A stretch of 64,000 nucleotides of DNA, from the NCBI GenBank assembly GCA_902583355.1, contig CACHVP010000002.1, forward strand, positions 24,094 through 88,093. The letters are read 5' to 3'. Under the pieces are notes generated by a model. It saw nothing but the letters and a program-made list of their open reading frames with translations, had not been told where the DNA came from and made no database searches. Positions 1-12,206 of this stretch are shown here, piece after piece. Origin of the DNA: an uncultured Pelagibacteraceae bacterium. GTDB taxonomy: Bacteria; Pseudomonadota; Alphaproteobacteria; Pelagibacterales; Pelagibacteraceae. Numbering within the stretch: the first letter of the stretch is position 1; the number at the start of each line of letters is the position of its first letter. The translations under genes were made by a program, and so were the position numbers.

Positions 1-2025
<2,025 letters not shown>

Positions 2026-2048
2026 TATAGCAAGATATGTAATTGAGA

Positions 2049-2471
2049 TTAATTATTATTTTCTAATCTTATTACAACTTCAACGTTTTTAATTTTTTTA
2101 CCTTTTGGAGCTTCTGGAAGTTTATGGAAGGTAATTTTGTCGCTCTTAATATCAATTACTTTGCCATTATCAAAGAAGTGATGATGCGAAGTAATATTTG
2201 TATCATAATAAGAGGTGTTATTTTCCAAAGAAAACTCTTTCAAGTAACCAGCGCTTTTAAGAGCATGTACGGTATTATAAAAAGTTGCTGTAGAAATTTT
2301 TTTTGATCTTTTTAAATTCATAGAGTTTTTTAATTGCTCAACTGTAAAATGAAATGTTCTTTTTCTCTTGAAAAGAAATCTGCTTATTTCTACTCTTTGC
2401 TTAGTAGGTCTGAGACCTGAAGATCTAAGTTTATCAATAAAAATCATGTTTTTATTATTCATTTTTTCCAT
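2049..2471 (-). CDS. irr: Fur-family iron response regulator, Irr type
   Basis: 140 aa. Motifs: GLRPTKQRVEI, ISTATFYNTV, and Irr-like YYDTNITSHHHFF (HHH motif). There are no CxxC pairs. The C-terminus KLPEAPKGKKIKNVEVVIRL resembles rhizobial Irr. The gene is divergent from fabA-fabB-fabI, as at rhizobial irr loci. Confidence 0.75.
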   Translation of the reverse strand: MEKMNNKNMIFIDKLRSSGLRPTKQRVEISRFLFKRKRTFHFTVEQLKNSMNLKRSKKISTATFYNTVHALKSAGYLKEFSLENNTSYYDTNITSHHHFFDNGKVIDIKSDKITFHKLPEAPKGKKIKNVEVVIRLENNN

Positions 2472-2544
2472 AAACTTACTATATAATTTAATTCAATTGT
2501 ATATATGATATTGCTAAAAACTCAAGCAATTGTTAACTTTCAAA

Positions 2545-3048
2545 ATGAAACAAAAAAACAGTTACAACTATAATGAATTAATTGACTGTGCGAACGGAAA
2601 TTTATTTGGTGAAGGGAATGCACGTTTGCCGCTACCACCTATGCTAATGTTTGACAGAATTACTGAAATAAAAACAAGTGTGGGCAAATATAAAAAAGGT
2701 TTAATAAAAGCTGAGTTAGATATTAAAGATAAGATGTGGTTTTTTGATTGCCACTTTAAAGAGGATCCGGTTATGCCTGGATGCCTAGGACTAGACGCAA
2801 TGTGGCAATTAGTTGGTTTTTATTTAGGTTGGATAGGAGAGCCAGGTAAAGGACGTGCTTTGGGTGTTAACTCTGTTAGATTTACAGGCGAGGTTCTTAA
2901 AAAAGTCAAAATGGCAACTTATGAAGTTGATATGAAAAAAGTTCTTAAAACTGAGGGTGGAACAGTTGGTTTTGCGGATGGAACTTTAAAAGCAGATGGA
3001 AAACAAATATACTCTGCGGAGAATTTAAAAGTTGGAGTTTATAAATAA
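2545..3048 (+). CDS. fabA: 3-hydroxydecanoyl-ACP dehydratase/isomerase
   Basis: Active-site region FFDCHFKEDPVMPGCLGLDAMWQLVGFYLGW. I moved the start from TTG 2530 to ATG 2545 (MKQKNSY...), which matches FabA N-termini. Confidence 0.92.
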   Translation: MKQKNSYNYNELIDCANGNLFGEGNARLPLPPMLMFDRITEIKTSVGKYKKGLIKAELDIKDKMWFFDCHFKEDPVMPGCLGLDAMWQLVGFYLGWIGEPGKGRALGVNSVRFTGEVLKKVKMATYEVDMKKVLKTEGGTVGFADGTLKADGKQIYSAENLKVGVYK

Positions 3049-4259
3049 TGAAAAGAGTTGTTGTAACTGGGATTGGAATAGTTTCATGTTTGGGAAATAA
3101 TCAAAATGAAGTTTGTGACTCTCTTATGAATTCAAGATCAGGAATTTCTTTTGCTCAAGAATATAAAGATCATAATTTAAAAAGTAACGTTCATGGAAAA
3201 CCAAATATTAAACTTGAGGATCATGTTGATAGAAAAGCTCTTAGATTTATGGGAAATGGATCTGCATATAATTATGTAGCTATGAAGGAAGCTATAAAAG
3301 ACTCTGGTTTAAAAGATAATGACATAAGTAACATATCTACAGGAATGGTAATGGGTTCTGGTGGGCCTTCAATTGAAAATGTTATTTTAGCAGCCGATAA
3401 AACAAGAGAAAAAAACCCAAAAAAAATGGGTCCTTTTATTGTTCCAAGAACGATGGCAAGCACAGCTTCTGCAACTTTAGCAGTTCCTTTTAAAATAAAA
3501 GGAGTCAACTACACAATAAGTTCTGCATGTGCAACTAGTGGACACTGCATAGGGAATGCTATGGAACTTATACAATTTGGAAAGCAGAAAATTATTTTTG
3601 CAGGTGGTAGCGATGAGATACACTTTGCAATGACAGCAATGTTTGATGCTATGACAGCACTTTCTTCTAAATATAATGATTCACCTAAAAAAGCATCTAG
3701 ACCATATGATAAAACTAGAGATGGTTTTGTAATTGCAGGTGGAGCGGGAGTTTTGGTTTTAGAAGAAATGGAACATGCAAAGTCAAGAGGGGCAAAGATT
3801 TATGCTGAAGTAACAGGTTATGGTGCTACTTCTGACGGTTTTGATATGGTCGCTCCTTCCGGAGAGGGTGCTACGAGATGTATGAATATAGCATTAAAAA
3901 CAACAAAAAATAATATTGATTATATAAATGCTCACGGAACCTCAACGCCAGTGGGAGATATAACTGAATTACAAGCTATAAAAGGAGCTTTTAAAGATAA
4001 AATTCCAAAAATTAGCTCAACAAAATCACTTTCTGGTCATCCACTAGGTGCTGCTTCTGTACACGAAGCAATATACTCTTTAATAATGATGAAAAATAAC
4101 TTTATTGCTGCTTCAATAAATGTAAATGAAATGGATGAACAAGCTAAGAATTTTCCAATAGTAACAAAAGTTGAAAAAGGCGTAACATTAAATTCGGTAA
4201 TGTCGAATAGTTTTGGTTTTGGTGGAACTAATGCTACTTTAGTTTTTGAAAAGGTATAA
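3048..4259 (+). CDS. fabB: beta-ketoacyl-ACP synthase I
   Basis: Motifs SSACATSGHCIG (Cys), NAHGTSTPVGD, SLSGHPLGAAS, NSFGFGGTNATLVF. It overlaps the fabA stop by 1 nt. Confidence 0.9.
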   Translation: MKRVVVTGIGIVSCLGNNQNEVCDSLMNSRSGISFAQEYKDHNLKSNVHGKPNIKLEDHVDRKALRFMGNGSAYNYVAMKEAIKDSGLKDNDISNISTGMVMGSGGPSIENVILAADKTREKNPKKMGPFIVPRTMASTASATLAVPFKIKGVNYTISSACATSGHCIGNAMELIQFGKQKIIFAGGSDEIHFAMTAMFDAMTALSSKYNDSPKKASRPYDKTRDGFVIAGGAGVLVLEEMEHAKSRGAKIYAEVTGYGATSDGFDMVAPSGEGATRCMNIALKTTKNNIDYINAHGTSTPVGDITELQAIKGAFKDKIPKISSTKSLSGHPLGAASVHEAIYSLIMMKNNFIAASINVNEMDEQAKNFPIVTKVEKGVTLNSVMSNSFGFGGTNATLVFEKV

Positions 4260-4261
4260 TA

Positions 4262-5047
4262 ATGAACTTGGTTAAAGGTAAGAAAGGCTTAATAATGGGT
4301 GTGGCCAATGATAGATCCATAGCCTGGGGTATAGCAAAAAAACTTTCAGAAAATGGAGCTGAATTAGCTTTCACCTATTTAGGTGATGCTCTTAAAAAAA
4401 GAGTCACACCCCTAGCTGAGTCCGTAAATTCTAAATTTCTTTTAAATTGTAATGTGGAAAATAAAGAAGATATTGTAAAAACTTTTGAAGAAATTAAAAA
4501 TAATTGGGGAAAACTTGATTTTGTAGTTCATGCTATTGCTTTTTCTGATAGAGCAGAGCTATCAGGGGAGTACATCAATACTTCTAGACAAAACTTTGCA
4601 AAAAGCATGCTTGTTTCTTGTTTTTCATTTACCGAAATAGCTAAAGAAGCTTCAAAAATAATGAGTAGTGGCTCTAGCATGTTAACTTTAACTTACGAGT
4701 CAACAAAAGTAGTGCCTAATTATAATGTAATGGGAGTATGTAAAGCAGCTTTGGAATCTAGTGTAAAATATATAGCAAAAGATCTAGGCTCAAAAGGAAT
4801 AAGAGTTAATGCTATAAGTGCTGGGCCAATAAAAACTTTGGCAGCTTCCGCTATAGGAGATGCTAAATTTTTATATAAATGGAGTGCGGATCATTCAATG
4901 TTAAAAAGAAATATAGATATAGAAGACGTAGGAAAATCTGCTCTGTATTTATTAAGTGATCTAGCAGGTGGTGTTACCGGCGAAATTCATTATGTAGATG
5001 CAGGTTATAATAAAATAGGTATGCCAAATCCAAAGAATATGTCTTAA
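4262..5047 (+). CDS. fabI: enoyl-ACP reductase (NADH)
   Basis: Motifs GVANDRSIAWGIAK, YNVMGVCKAALE (Tyr-x6-Lys), AISAGPIKTLA. Confidence 0.92.
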   Translation: MNLVKGKKGLIMGVANDRSIAWGIAKKLSENGAELAFTYLGDALKKRVTPLAESVNSKFLLNCNVENKEDIVKTFEEIKNNWGKLDFVVHAIAFSDRAELSGEYINTSRQNFAKSMLVSCFSFTEIAKEASKIMSSGSSMLTLTYESTKVVPNYNVMGVCKAALESSVKYIAKDLGSKGIRVNAISAGPIKTLAASAIGDAKFLYKWSADHSMLKRNIDIEDVGKSALYLLSDLAGGVTGEIHYVDAGYNKIGMPNPKNMS

Positions 5048-5139
5048 TTTGCATAATTTGCATGTCTAATTGTCACACATCGCAATTTTATAAAAATCTA
5101 TAAACTTTAAAATTCCACAAGATAATTATTACAAAAAAA

Positions 5140-5658
5140 ATGAAAAATTTTAATAAATTAGTTAAAGAAAAATTGGAAAATTTTTTTGATTGGGTGAATG
5201 GCGCTAAGTTAGTTGAGCTAAATAGCTGTGATATTAACGAAGATCCTGTTAGACCAGATCTTGATGTTAAATTTAGAACAAGTTATGGACGTAAAATTTT
5301 TGGTGTAAAATACAAAAATGAAATATGCGCGATAATGTGCTTTGGTTTCACAAATGAAATTCCAAAAACGATTAATGAATTTGACTTGATGACAAAAGAT
5401 GCTCATTTACAAAGCATATCAAGGAGAAAAGAAAATGTCGGCAAAATAGCTATTGCTTATACAATTTGGTCTAAAAAAAAGGGCGGCGGGAAATTGATAG
5501 TTAAAGAAGTATTTAAAAAAATTAAAAAATCTAACCACTTAGATAGGTTGGTTACCTTGTCTCCATTAACTGATATGGCGAGAAATTTTCACTTAAGAAA
5601 TGGTGCAAAAGAACTTCAAATAAATAAGGAGTCTCAGAATTTTGAATATCAAATTTAG
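5140..5658 (+). CDS. hypothetical protein, possible GNAT-like fold
   Basis: 172-aa ORF. The only motif hint is [17 protein letters not shown] followed by VTLSPL, which resembles an acyl-CoA-binding beta-alpha segment of GNAT-type proteins. It is the lone plus-strand gene here, and its stop overlaps the pnp stop. Confidence 0.35.
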   Translation: MKNFNKLVKEKLENFFDWVNGAKLVELNSCDINEDPVRPDLDVKFRTSYGRKIFGVKYKNEICAIMCFGFTNEIPKTINEFDLMTKDAHLQSISRRKENVGKIAIAYTIWSKKKGGGKLIVKEVFKKIKKSNHLDRLVTLSPLTDMARNFHLRNGAKELQINKESQNFEYQI

Positions 5659-7724
5659 ACTGCTTCTTTAATAGAAAGTTTAACTTTTCCTCTATCAAAT
5701 CCAATCACCTTGACTGAAACCTCATCTCCTTCTTTAACTACATCAGTAACCTTTTGAACTCTTTTTGCTGCTAACTGGGAAATATGGACTAGGCCATCTT
5801 GCTTTCCTAGAAAGTTTACAAAAGCACCAAATTCCATAATTTTAACTACTTTCCCTTTATACGTTTTTCCCATTTCTGGTTTTGCAACTAGATCATTGAT
5901 CATTTGAACTGCTATCTTTCTAGTTTCTTCATTAGCAGCTGCAACAGTAACTTCTCCTGTATCTTTAACATCTACTTTTGCACCAGATTTTTCCACTATT
6001 TCTCTTATAGTAGCACCGCCTTTACCAATCACAGTCGCAATATCTTTTTTGTCAACTTTTATTGTTTCCATTTTTGGGGTGTGTTTTCCAACTTCTTTTC
6101 TTGATGATTTTAAAGTTTTATTCATTTCTTCTAGGATATGAATTCTTCCTTCTTTAGCTTGGGAAAGGGCCTGTTCCATTATTTCAAAAGTTATTCCAGT
6201 GATTTTTATATCCATTTGCAGAGAAGTAATTCCGTCTTTAGTTCCTGCGACTTTGAAATCCATGTCGCCTAAATGATCTTCATCACCTAGAATATCTGAC
6301 AAAATAGAAAATTTATCTTTTTCTTTAATTAATCCCATTGCTATTCCTGCTACAGGTTCGGCGATTGGGACGGCTGCATCCATTAATGCTAAAGATGAAC
6401 CACAAACTGTTGCCATTGAGGAAGATCCGTTTGACTCAGTTATTTCAGATACAATTCTCAATGTGTAAGGAAAATTTTCTTTTTTAGGAAGTGAGGAATT
6501 TAAAGCTCTCCAAGCAAGTTTTCCATGACCAACTTCCCTTCTGCCTGTTCCAATTCTTCCTGTTTCACCTACAGAAAATGGGGGAAAATTATAATGAAGC
6601 ATAAATCTTTCTCTTCTTAATCCTTCTAGACTTTCAATTCTTTGTTCATCATCTGTTGTTCCTAAAGTTGTTGTTACTAAAGCTTGAGTTTCACCTCTAG
6701 TAAACAAAGCGGAACCATGAACTCTTGGTAAAATTCCAACTTCGCATTTTATTGGTCTTACATCTGACAAGCCTCTTCCATCTATTCTTTTTTTACTTTT
6801 TAAAATTCTGGTTCTTACAATATTTTTTTCTAGATTTTTTAGTTGTAACATTACTTCATGTTCTAATAGATCTTCTTCCTCTTCAAATAAAGATTTACAT
6901 TTTTCACTTGCCGAATTAATTAATTCTGATCTTGTCTTTTTGTCTTTTTCTGAAAATGCTTTTTCTAAGTCTTTGGTAAGTTCTTTTTCAATTTTTTTAA
7001 TTACTTTGCTAAAATCTTTTTTTTCAATTTTCCAAGTTTCTTTTGCACACTTTTTTGCTAACTTTTCTATACCTTTAATTACTGAGACAAATCCTTCATG
7101 ACCAAATTTAACAGCATCTAACATTTCATTTTCTGTTAAACCAGAAGCCTCGGACTCTACCATTAAAACAGCATCTTTGGTTCCGGCTACAACTAGATCT
7201 AATTTAGAATTCTGCAATTCTTTTTTGGTCGGATTTAAAATACACTTTCCTCCAATAAAACCAACTCTTGATGCACCTACTGGTCCTTTAAAAGGTAATC
7301 CTGAAATTGATAATGCGGCTGAGGAAGCTATGATTGATAATATATCAGCTTCATTTTCATTGTCATAAGAAAGAACTGTTGGCAAAACTTGAACTTCATT
7401 TCTAAAATTTTCAGGAAATAAGGGTCTGATAGGTCTATCGATTAATCTAGATATTAATGTTTCTGCTTCAGTTGGTCTTGCCTCTCTTTTAAAATAACCG
7501 CCAGGAATTTTACCTGCAGCATAATATTTTTCTTGATAATTTACAGAAAGAGGAAAATAATCTGTTTCTGGGTTTACCTTCTTTGCACCAACAACTGTTG
7601 CAATAACAACTGTTTCTCCCCATGTAGCAATTATAGCTCCGTCTGCTTGCCTTGCAACTTTTCCTGTTTCTAAAGTAAGTTTTTTACCACCAAAATCTAT
7701 TTCTTCTTTAAATTGTTTAAACAT
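5655..7724 (-). CDS. pnp: polynucleotide phosphorylase
   Basis: 689 aa. [21 protein letters not shown]-terminus, two RNase PH domains, KH ([10 protein letters not shown]) and S1 ([13 protein letters not shown]) domains. Confidence 0.95.
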   Translation of the reverse strand: MFKQFKEEIDFGGKKLTLETGKVARQADGAIIATWGETVVIATVVGAKKVNPETDYFPLSVNYQEKYYAAGKIPGGYFKREARPTEAETLISRLIDRPIRPLFPENFRNEVQVLPTVLSYDNENEADILSIIASSAALSISGLPFKGPVGASRVGFIGGKCILNPTKKELQNSKLDLVVAGTKDAVLMVESEASGLTENEMLDAVKFGHEGFVSVIKGIEKLAKKCAKETWKIEKKDFSKVIKKIEKELTKDLEKAFSEKDKKTRSELINSASEKCKSLFEEEEDLLEHEVMLQLKNLEKNIVRTRILKSKKRIDGRGLSDVRPIKCEVGILPRVHGSALFTRGETQALVTTTLGTTDDEQRIESLEGLRRERFMLHYNFPPFSVGETGRIGTGRREVGHGKLAWRALNSSLPKKENFPYTLRIVSEITESNGSSSMATVCGSSLALMDAAVPIAEPVAGIAMGLIKEKDKFSILSDILGDEDHLGDMDFKVAGTKDGITSLQMDIKITGITFEIMEQALSQAKEGRIHILEEMNKTLKSSRKEVGKHTPKMETIKVDKKDIATVIGKGGATIREIVEKSGAKVDVKDTGEVTVAAANEETRKIAVQMINDLVAKPEMGKTYKGKVVKIMEFGAFVNFLGKQDGLVHISQLAAKRVQKVTDVVKEGDEVSVKVIGFDRGKVKLSIKEAV

Positions 7725-7982
7725 TTATTTTCTTAAATTAAGTTTTTTTATAATTTCTGAATATGCTTTAGGATCATTTTTGCTTAGATAGCTTAAAAGT
7801 CTTTTTCTTTGATTTACAGATTTTGTTAAACCTCTGGCTGAATGCTTGTCTTTTTTAAATTTTTTAAAATGATTTGAGAGATTTTCAATTTTTTGACTTA
7901 AGAGGCCTATTTGAACTGCAGTTGAGCCAACATCATTTTTATGTAATTCCAGAGATTTAATTAGATCTTTCTTAGATTTCAT
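7725..7982 (-). CDS. rpsO: 30S ribosomal protein S15
   Basis: 85 aa. GSTAVQIGLLSQKIENLSNHFK..KDKHSARGL..RKRLLSYL. Confidence 0.95.
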   Translation of the reverse strand: MKSKKDLIKSLELHKNDVGSTAVQIGLLSQKIENLSNHFKKFKKDKHSARGLTKSVNQRKRLLSYLSKNDPKAYSEIIKKLNLRK

Positions 7983-8353
7983 TTATCTTTATTTTTCTTT
8001 ATAAGTTTTTCTATTCTTTCTGCATAATCAAAAGATTTGTCTTCAACAAAATATAATCTTGGAAGAAATTTTATATCAAGCTTCTTTGACAAAGCCTTTC
8101 TAACAAGATAAGAAAATTCGGTCAAGATATTTACTGTTTTTTTTGTTTCTTTACCACCTAGTGGAATAACGTAAGCTCTAGCTGACTTTAAGTCCGAGCT
8201 CATTTTTACCTCAGTTACAGTGACTAATTTAGTGTTAAAAGCAGGGATTTTAGCTTCATTTCTAATGAAAATTTGTCCTAAATTTTGTTTAACAAGCTCC
8301 CCTACTCTTAGATGCCTATGATTTGTACTATTTGTCTCAAAATTTTTAATCAT
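7979..8353 (-). CDS. rbfA: ribosome-binding factor A
   Basis: 124 aa. RVGELVKQNLGQIF and a KH-like core. Its position between infB and rpsO also fits. Confidence 0.88.
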   Translation of the reverse strand: MIKNFETNSTNHRHLRVGELVKQNLGQIFIRNEAKIPAFNTKLVTVTEVKMSSDLKSARAYVIPLGGKETKKTVNILTEFSYLVRKALSKKLDIKFLPRLYFVEDKSFDYAERIEKLIKKNKDK

Positions 8354-10553
8354 TTATTTGTCTTTCAATCATATCAACTTTGTAAGATTCGATCATGTCT
8401 TTTTCTTTAAAATCTAAAAAATTTTTAAATGTAATACCACATTCAAGTCCACTTTTTACTTCTTTAGCAGCATTTTTTTCTCTAAATATACTTGCTATTT
8501 CACCATCGTATATAACTTTGCCGTCTCTTATTATTCTAGCTTTTGAGTTATTTTTTATCTCACCATCCGTAACTTTTGAACCAGCTACTTTACCCGATTT
8601 TGAGAGTTTAAAAATTCTTAGTATTTCAGCTGTACCTTCTATTTTTTCTTTTCTTTCTGGCTCTAGTAAACCAGAAAGTGATTTTTCTACGTATTCTATT
8701 GCTTTATAAATTATATTGAAATATTCAATTCTAACTTTTTGCTCTTCTGCTAATTTTTTTGCTTCTTTATTTGGTTTTACATTAAAACCAATCACGACAG
8801 CACTTGAGGCTTTAGCTAAAGAAATATCAGTTTCATTAATCATTCCAATATCAGATAAAATGATTTTTGGACTGACTTCGGCGTGATTAATATTTTCAAT
8901 TGAATTTCTCAGAGCTTCACTAGATCCTTGAACGTCAGACTTTAATATAATATTTAGTTCTTCTTTAAGATTTTTTTTATCAAAAAGCTTAGTATTATCT
9001 TGCGAAATTAAATTTTGATTTCCCTTTGTTCCAGATTTCTCGAAATCATTTATTTTTTTTGCTTCATCCTCATTTTCAACAACCATAAATTCATCGCCAG
9101 CATTTGCTGATTCTTGCATACCTAAAATTTCAACTGGTGTGGACGGATAAGCTTCATTTACATTAATTCCTTTATAATCCAACATGGCACGAATTTTTCC
9201 TAAGGTTTTACCGCAAACAAAATGGTCTCCCTTTTTTAATTTTCCCTCTGTAACTAGTATTGTTGAAACAGGCCCTTTCCCCTTATCAATTTTAGATTCT
9301 AGAACTACTCCTTTTGCATTGCCCTCCTTAGATGCTTTGAGATCCAAAATATCTGATTGTAATAAAATAGTTTCTTTAAGTTTATCTAAATTGGTTTTTT
9401 TAATAGCTGATACTTCTACGAATAAGGTGTCTCCGCTTAAATCTTCTGCTACCAACTCATATCTCATCAAATCATTTTTAATCTTAACAATGTTAGAATT
9501 AGGTAAATCACATTTGTTTATAGCAACAATTATTGGGACTTTGGCTGCTTTTGAGTGTTGTATTGCTTCTACAGTTTGTGGTTTGACACCGTCGTCTGCT
9601 GCAACAACCAGTACTACAATATCAGTTATCTTAGAACCTCTAGCTCTCATTTCAGTAAAAGCTGCGTGGCCAGGAGTGTCTATAAAAGTTATTATTTTAT
9701 TATTTCTATCGCCAACTTGATAGGCTCCTATATGTTGAGTTATACCTCCATGCTCACCTGATACTACATTTGTACTTCTTAAAGCATCCAGTAAAGATGT
9801 TTTTCCATGATCTACATGTCCCATAATAGTTACTATTGGCGGTCTATGAACTAAATCTTTTCCATTACTTATAGAGGTTTTGTTGGATATTTTCGTAAGA
9901 GCTTTTTCTAAAATAGGAGTGTGACCAAACTCTTTTACAATGTATTCTGCGGTGTCTTTATCTATAGAATGATTAATTGTCGCTTTAACTCCCATATTTA
10001 ATAAAAACTTAATTATATTTGCTGATTGCTCAGCCATCCTGTTTGATAATTCTTGTATAGTTATTTGTTGTGGAATTTTAACTTCTCTTATTACTTTTTT
10101 GAATTCTTTTTTAGTATCATCATTAATATTTTTCTTTTCTTTAAGTCTAGCTCTTTTTACTGAGGCCAAACTTCTTTGTTTAATTTCAAATTCCTCAACA
10201 TTCATAGCAGTTGATATTGTAAGCTTCGATTGCCTTTTTGACTGATAATCCTTGTTTCTGTTATCTGCTTTTTCTTTGTTTTTTATATTCTCGTCCTTTT
10301 TTTCTGGGCGAATAAATCTTTTGGTTGCCTGTTGTTCAACATATTTTCTATTGAGATTTCTGTTATTTGGGCCACTCTTTGTGTTTGAAGGGTTAGACCA
10401 ATTTCTATTTTGTTTAAATGATGCTTTTGGACTTTTTTTCTTTTCTACAATATATGATTTTTTTGTGGTTTTTCCGTAAGAACTTGGATTGAATTTCTTA
10501 TTAAATGAACTAGATATTGTTAATGTTTTTTTTTTACCTTTATCTTTTTGCAT
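8346..10553 (-). CDS. infB: translation initiation factor IF-2
   Basis: GTPase motifs GHVDHGKTSLLDALR, DTPGHAAF, NKCD, with a Lys/Asn-rich N-terminal region. Confidence 0.95.
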   Translation of the reverse strand: MQKDKGKKKTLTISSSFNKKFNPSSYGKTTKKSYIVEKKKSPKASFKQNRNWSNPSNTKSGPNNRNLNRKYVEQQATKRFIRPEKKDENIKNKEKADNRNKDYQSKRQSKLTISTAMNVEEFEIKQRSLASVKRARLKEKKNINDDTKKEFKKVIREVKIPQQITIQELSNRMAEQSANIIKFLLNMGVKATINHSIDKDTAEYIVKEFGHTPILEKALTKISNKTSISNGKDLVHRPPIVTIMGHVDHGKTSLLDALRSTNVVSGEHGGITQHIGAYQVGDRNNKIITFIDTPGHAAFTEMRARGSKITDIVVLVVAADDGVKPQTVEAIQHSKAAKVPIIVAINKCDLPNSNIVKIKNDLMRYELVAEDLSGDTLFVEVSAIKKTNLDKLKETILLQSDILDLKASKEGNAKGVVLESKIDKGKGPVSTILVTEGKLKKGDHFVCGKTLGKIRAMLDYKGINVNEAYPSTPVEILGMQESANAGDEFMVVENEDEAKKINDFEKSGTKGNQNLISQDNTKLFDKKNLKEELNIILKSDVQGSSEALRNSIENINHAEVSPKIILSDIGMINETDISLAKASSAVVIGFNVKPNKEAKKLAEEQKVRIEYFNIIYKAIEYVEKSLSGLLEPERKEKIEGTAEILRIFKLSKSGKVAGSKVTDGEIKNNSKARIIRDGKVIYDGEIASIFREKNAAKEVKSGLECGITFKNFLDFKEKDMIESYKVDMIERQIND

Positions 10554-10556
10554 AAA

Positions 10557-12110
10557 TTAATCAGTGAACACAATTTTTCTTGCATTCATTATTAGGTTAT
10601 CTGCCTCTTGCTTTGTTAAATTAAACTCCTCAAGATATCCGTCTATTTTTATTCTTTTACCTTTAACTTCATCCATCCCACCAACTAATTCGTCTGAGGA
10701 TAATTCGGCGAAATCTTTAAGCTTTTTAATATTTTTTTCTCCTAGCACTACAAGCATACCCTGTGTCATACCTTCAAGTTTAATAAGTGAATCTTCAACG
10801 CCTAATTTTTTTAATTTTTGAGAAATTTCTAGTTTTTCTTTCTCTAAAAATTCTTTAGCTCTTTCAATTAATTCTTTAGCGGTTGACTCTTCAATACCCT
10901 CGATTCTAGTTATATCATCAATATTGGATTGTGATATTTCCTCAATATTTTGAAGGTTTTCAGAAACCAAAAGCTGCCCGAGTGTTTCGTCTACTTCTAA
11001 ACCTTTTACAAAAAGCTCGGTTCTTTCCTTAAACTCTTTTTGTCTTCTTTCTGAATCTTCTTGATCGGTAAGTATATCTATTTCATAATTAATTAGCTTC
11101 GAAGCTAGTCTTACGTTTTGACCTCTCCGGCCAATTGCTTTACTTAAATTTTCTTCTGTCAAGATAACTTCGATTCTCTTATTCTCTTCGTCAATTAATA
11201 CTTTTTGTATTTCTGCTGGTGAAAGAGATTCTGCAACAAGTGTGGGTAAATCTTCTGTCCATTTAATTATATCTATTTTTTCTCCTTGTAATTCATTTAC
11301 TACAGTTTGAACTCTACTTCCCCTCATTCCAACACATGCGCCAACTGGATCTAATGAAGAATCTTTAGAATTAACGCATATTTTTGCTCTACTTCCTGGA
11401 TCTCTAGCAACAGATTTTATTTCTATAACACCTTCGTATATTTCTGGTACTTCCTGAAAAAATAATCGAGCTAAAAATTGAGGATGAGCACGTGAAAGAA
11501 AAATTTGATGGCCTTTAGTATCTTGTTTAACCTCAAAGCAAAAAGCTTTTACTCTATCTCCATTTTTTAATATTTCTCTTTGTATTAATTCCTCTTTTCT
11601 TATAATTCCTTCTGCTCTACCGAGATCAACTATAACATTTCCGTATTCGGCTCTTTTGATAATTCCACTAACAATTTGGCCTTGTTTATCCTTGAAATCC
11701 TCATATTGTCTATTCTTTTCAGCTTCTCTTACTTTTTGCGAAATAACCTGTTTAGCACTTTGTGCTGCTATTCTTCCAAAATCAATTTGGGGTAATTCTT
11801 CGTAAATTTTATCTCCAACTTTTAAGTTTTTATTTTCTTTATTTATTGCTCCAGCATCTTTTAAAGTTATTTGTTTCACTGGGTCTTCAACATTTTCAAC
11901 AATTTCAAGAACTTTCTGAATTTTAATAGTTCCATCCTCTCTATTAATTTTTGCCTCTATTGCAGTTTCAAAACCAAATTTACTGTAAGCAGCTCTTTGA
12001 ATGGCTGTTTCCATGGAAACTAATATCAATTCTTTGTCTATAGACTTTTCGTTTGCTACCGAATCTACTATTCTTAACAATTCTTGTTTATCTAAACCTC
12101 TATTAAGCAT
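10557..12110 (-). CDS. nusA: transcription termination/antitermination factor NusA
   Basis: S1 and KH domains (ARDPGSRAKI, VGACVGMRGSRVQ) plus C-terminal HhH repeats. I place the start at ATG 12110, preceded by AAAGGA. In my reading the codon at the ORF-track start (12122-12120) is TGG. Confidence 0.9.
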   Translation of the reverse strand: MLNRGLDKQELLRIVDSVANEKSIDKELILVSMETAIQRAAYSKFGFETAIEAKINREDGTIKIQKVLEIVENVEDPVKQITLKDAGAINKENKNLKVGDKIYEELPQIDFGRIAAQSAKQVISQKVREAEKNRQYEDFKDKQGQIVSGIIKRAEYGNVIVDLGRAEGIIRKEELIQREILKNGDRVKAFCFEVKQDTKGHQIFLSRAHPQFLARLFFQEVPEIYEGVIEIKSVARDPGSRAKICVNSKDSSLDPVGACVGMRGSRVQTVVNELQGEKIDIIKWTEDLPTLVAESLSPAEIQKVLIDEENKRIEVILTEENLSKAIGRRGQNVRLASKLINYEIDILTDQEDSERRQKEFKERTELFVKGLEVDETLGQLLVSENLQNIEEISQSNIDDITRIEGIEESTAKELIERAKEFLEKEKLEISQKLKKLGVEDSLIKLEGMTQGMLVVLGEKNIKKLKDFAELSSDELVGGMDEVKGKRIKIDGYLEEFNLTKQEADNLIMNARKIVFTD

Positions 12111-12125
12111 TTTTCCTTTCACCTA

Positions 12126-12152
12126 AAAAAAAATGGGCAAAAGCCCATTTTG
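12126..12152 (-). terminator. intrinsic terminator after metK, immediately upstream of the nusA RBS
   Basis: Minus-strand RNA: AAAAUGGGC-UUUU-GCCCAUUUU (9-bp stem, 4-nt loop) followed by UUUUU. Confidence 0.7.
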
Positions 12153-12206
12153 ACTTACAGGTAATTTTAAATAATTTCTAATTTAAATTTGTATTTTTTT
12201 CAAGAA

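Noticed and set aside
9184-9720. 178-aa plus-strand ORF
   Set aside because: It is antisense to the GTPase core of infB, shows no recognisable motifs, and has the composition typical of a shadow frame. The same reasoning applies to 8395-8709, 9555-9761 and 10252-10479.
12120-12123. ORF-track start of nusA at 12122
   Set aside because: In my reading the codon 12122-12120 is TGG, and the adjacent GTG (12123-12121) is out of frame, followed by a stop. I therefore use ATG 12110, preceded by AAAGGA. An upstream in-frame ATG at 12149 lies inside the terminator stem and is implausible. I cannot exclude having miscounted by one base.
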